This document shows, one piece after another, positions 5,893-6,249 of a stretch of DNA of 6,249 bases. The first letter of the stretch is position 1; each line of letters opens with the position of its first letter. The DNA is from Escherichia coli (lineage in GTDB: Bacteria; Pseudomonadota; Gammaproteobacteria; Enterobacterales; Enterobacteriaceae). The translations under genes and the position numbers were made by a program. Location of the stretch: NCBI RefSeq assembly GCF_003334785.1, contig NZ_QOWV01000039.1. One strand, written 5' to 3'. The notes beneath the pieces were generated by a model that was not told where the DNA came from, made no database searches, and worked only from the letters and a program-made list of their open reading frames with translations.

Positions 5893-6249
5893 CGGACACT
5901 ACCATTTGTTCTTTTTTTAAGCAGCCATCTGATGATATTTTTCCCTGAAGGCTGCCGGGGAGATATTCCCCAGACGAGAGTGACGACGCTGACGATTGTA
6001 GAAAATCTCAATGTATTCCCGTATTACTGAGATGGCTTCATCCCGGTTATTAAAACGATAGTGGCTCAGGCTCTCATTTTTCAGCGTTCCCCAGAAGCTT
6101 TCCATCGGAGCGTTGTCGTAACAGTTACCTTTACGCGACATTGATGTTTTCAGACCAAACTGCTCCTGTATGACCCGGTAATCGTATGCGCAGTACTGTG
6201 AACCTCGATCGGAGTGGTGGATTAGCACGGCAGGTGGGCGCTGGCTCCT
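5874..6249 (-). mobile_element. IS3-family insertion sequence, partial (continues beyond window); terminus near 5874-5900
   Basis: Transposase OrfB C-terminus ends at 5917; the adjacent GGCAATAGCGGACAC (5885-5899) resembles the IS3 terminal repeat as recalled (GCAATAGTGGACAC). Exact terminal base uncertain by about 10 bp. Confidence 0.6.
5917..6249 (-). CDS. IS3-family transposase OrfB (integrase core), C-terminal part; 5' end lies outside the window
   Basis: Translation ...VLIHHSDRGSQYCAYDYR...MSRKGNCYDNAPMESFWGTLKNE...YNRQRRHSRLGNISPAAF carries the IS3-family DDE-region signatures (HSDRGSQY; KGNCYDNAPMESF); the frame stays open to the window edge. Confidence 0.9.
   Translation of the reverse strand, partial: RSQRPPAVLIHHSDRGSQYCAYDYRVIQEQFGLKTSMSRKGNCYDNAPMESFWGTLKNESLSHYRFNNRDEAISVIREYIEIFYNRQRRHSRLGNISPAAFREKYHQMAA

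Noticed and set aside
5426-6011. ORFs 5426-5920 (+), 5476-5670 (-), 5686-5889 (-) and 5769-6011 (-)
   Set aside because: Overlapping alternative frames of the 149-aa plus-strand ORF and the IS terminus; the 164-aa frame reads through the IS end and has junk-like composition.
1-6249. CRISPR array, tRNA/rRNA genes, or a DicF-like sRNA expected in Qin-type prophages
   Set aside because: No regularly spaced direct repeats, no tRNA-like cloverleaf segments, and no match to the DicF sequence as recalled.
1571-6249. Composite transposon formed by the two IS elements
   Set aside because: The flanking elements belong to different families (ISNCY versus IS3), so they cannot act as a matched pair.

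Overview
This window looks like an Enterobacteriaceae (E. coli-type) cryptic-prophage accessory region, Qin-like in its left part. Coordinates 1-1525 carry the relBE toxin-antitoxin operon (minus strand) with its palindromic operator, a divergent ydfV-like ORF, and flxA with a near-consensus sigma28 promoter and an intrinsic terminator. An ISNCY/IS1202-type transposase gene (1920-3233, minus) follows; the element boundaries are unresolved. Coordinates 3420-5900 look like decaying prophage DNA: a small two-helix membrane protein gene with a consensus Shine-Dalgarno, two coupled small ORFs each broken by an in-frame amber codon, a DPPH-motif methyltransferase-like gene that stops at an ochre codon with the frame continuing, an 88-aa basic ORF coupled upstream of it, and a divergent ORF of unknown function. 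That last ORF runs into the terminus of an IS3-family element whose transposase (OrfB part) continues off the window edge. No rRNA, tRNA or CRISPR array was seen. I did not find a clear intact novel multi-gene system; the best candidates for follow-up are the orphan membrane protein and the methyltransferase module. All identifications rest on reading the translations and motifs by eye and on recalled family sequences; no database search was run.
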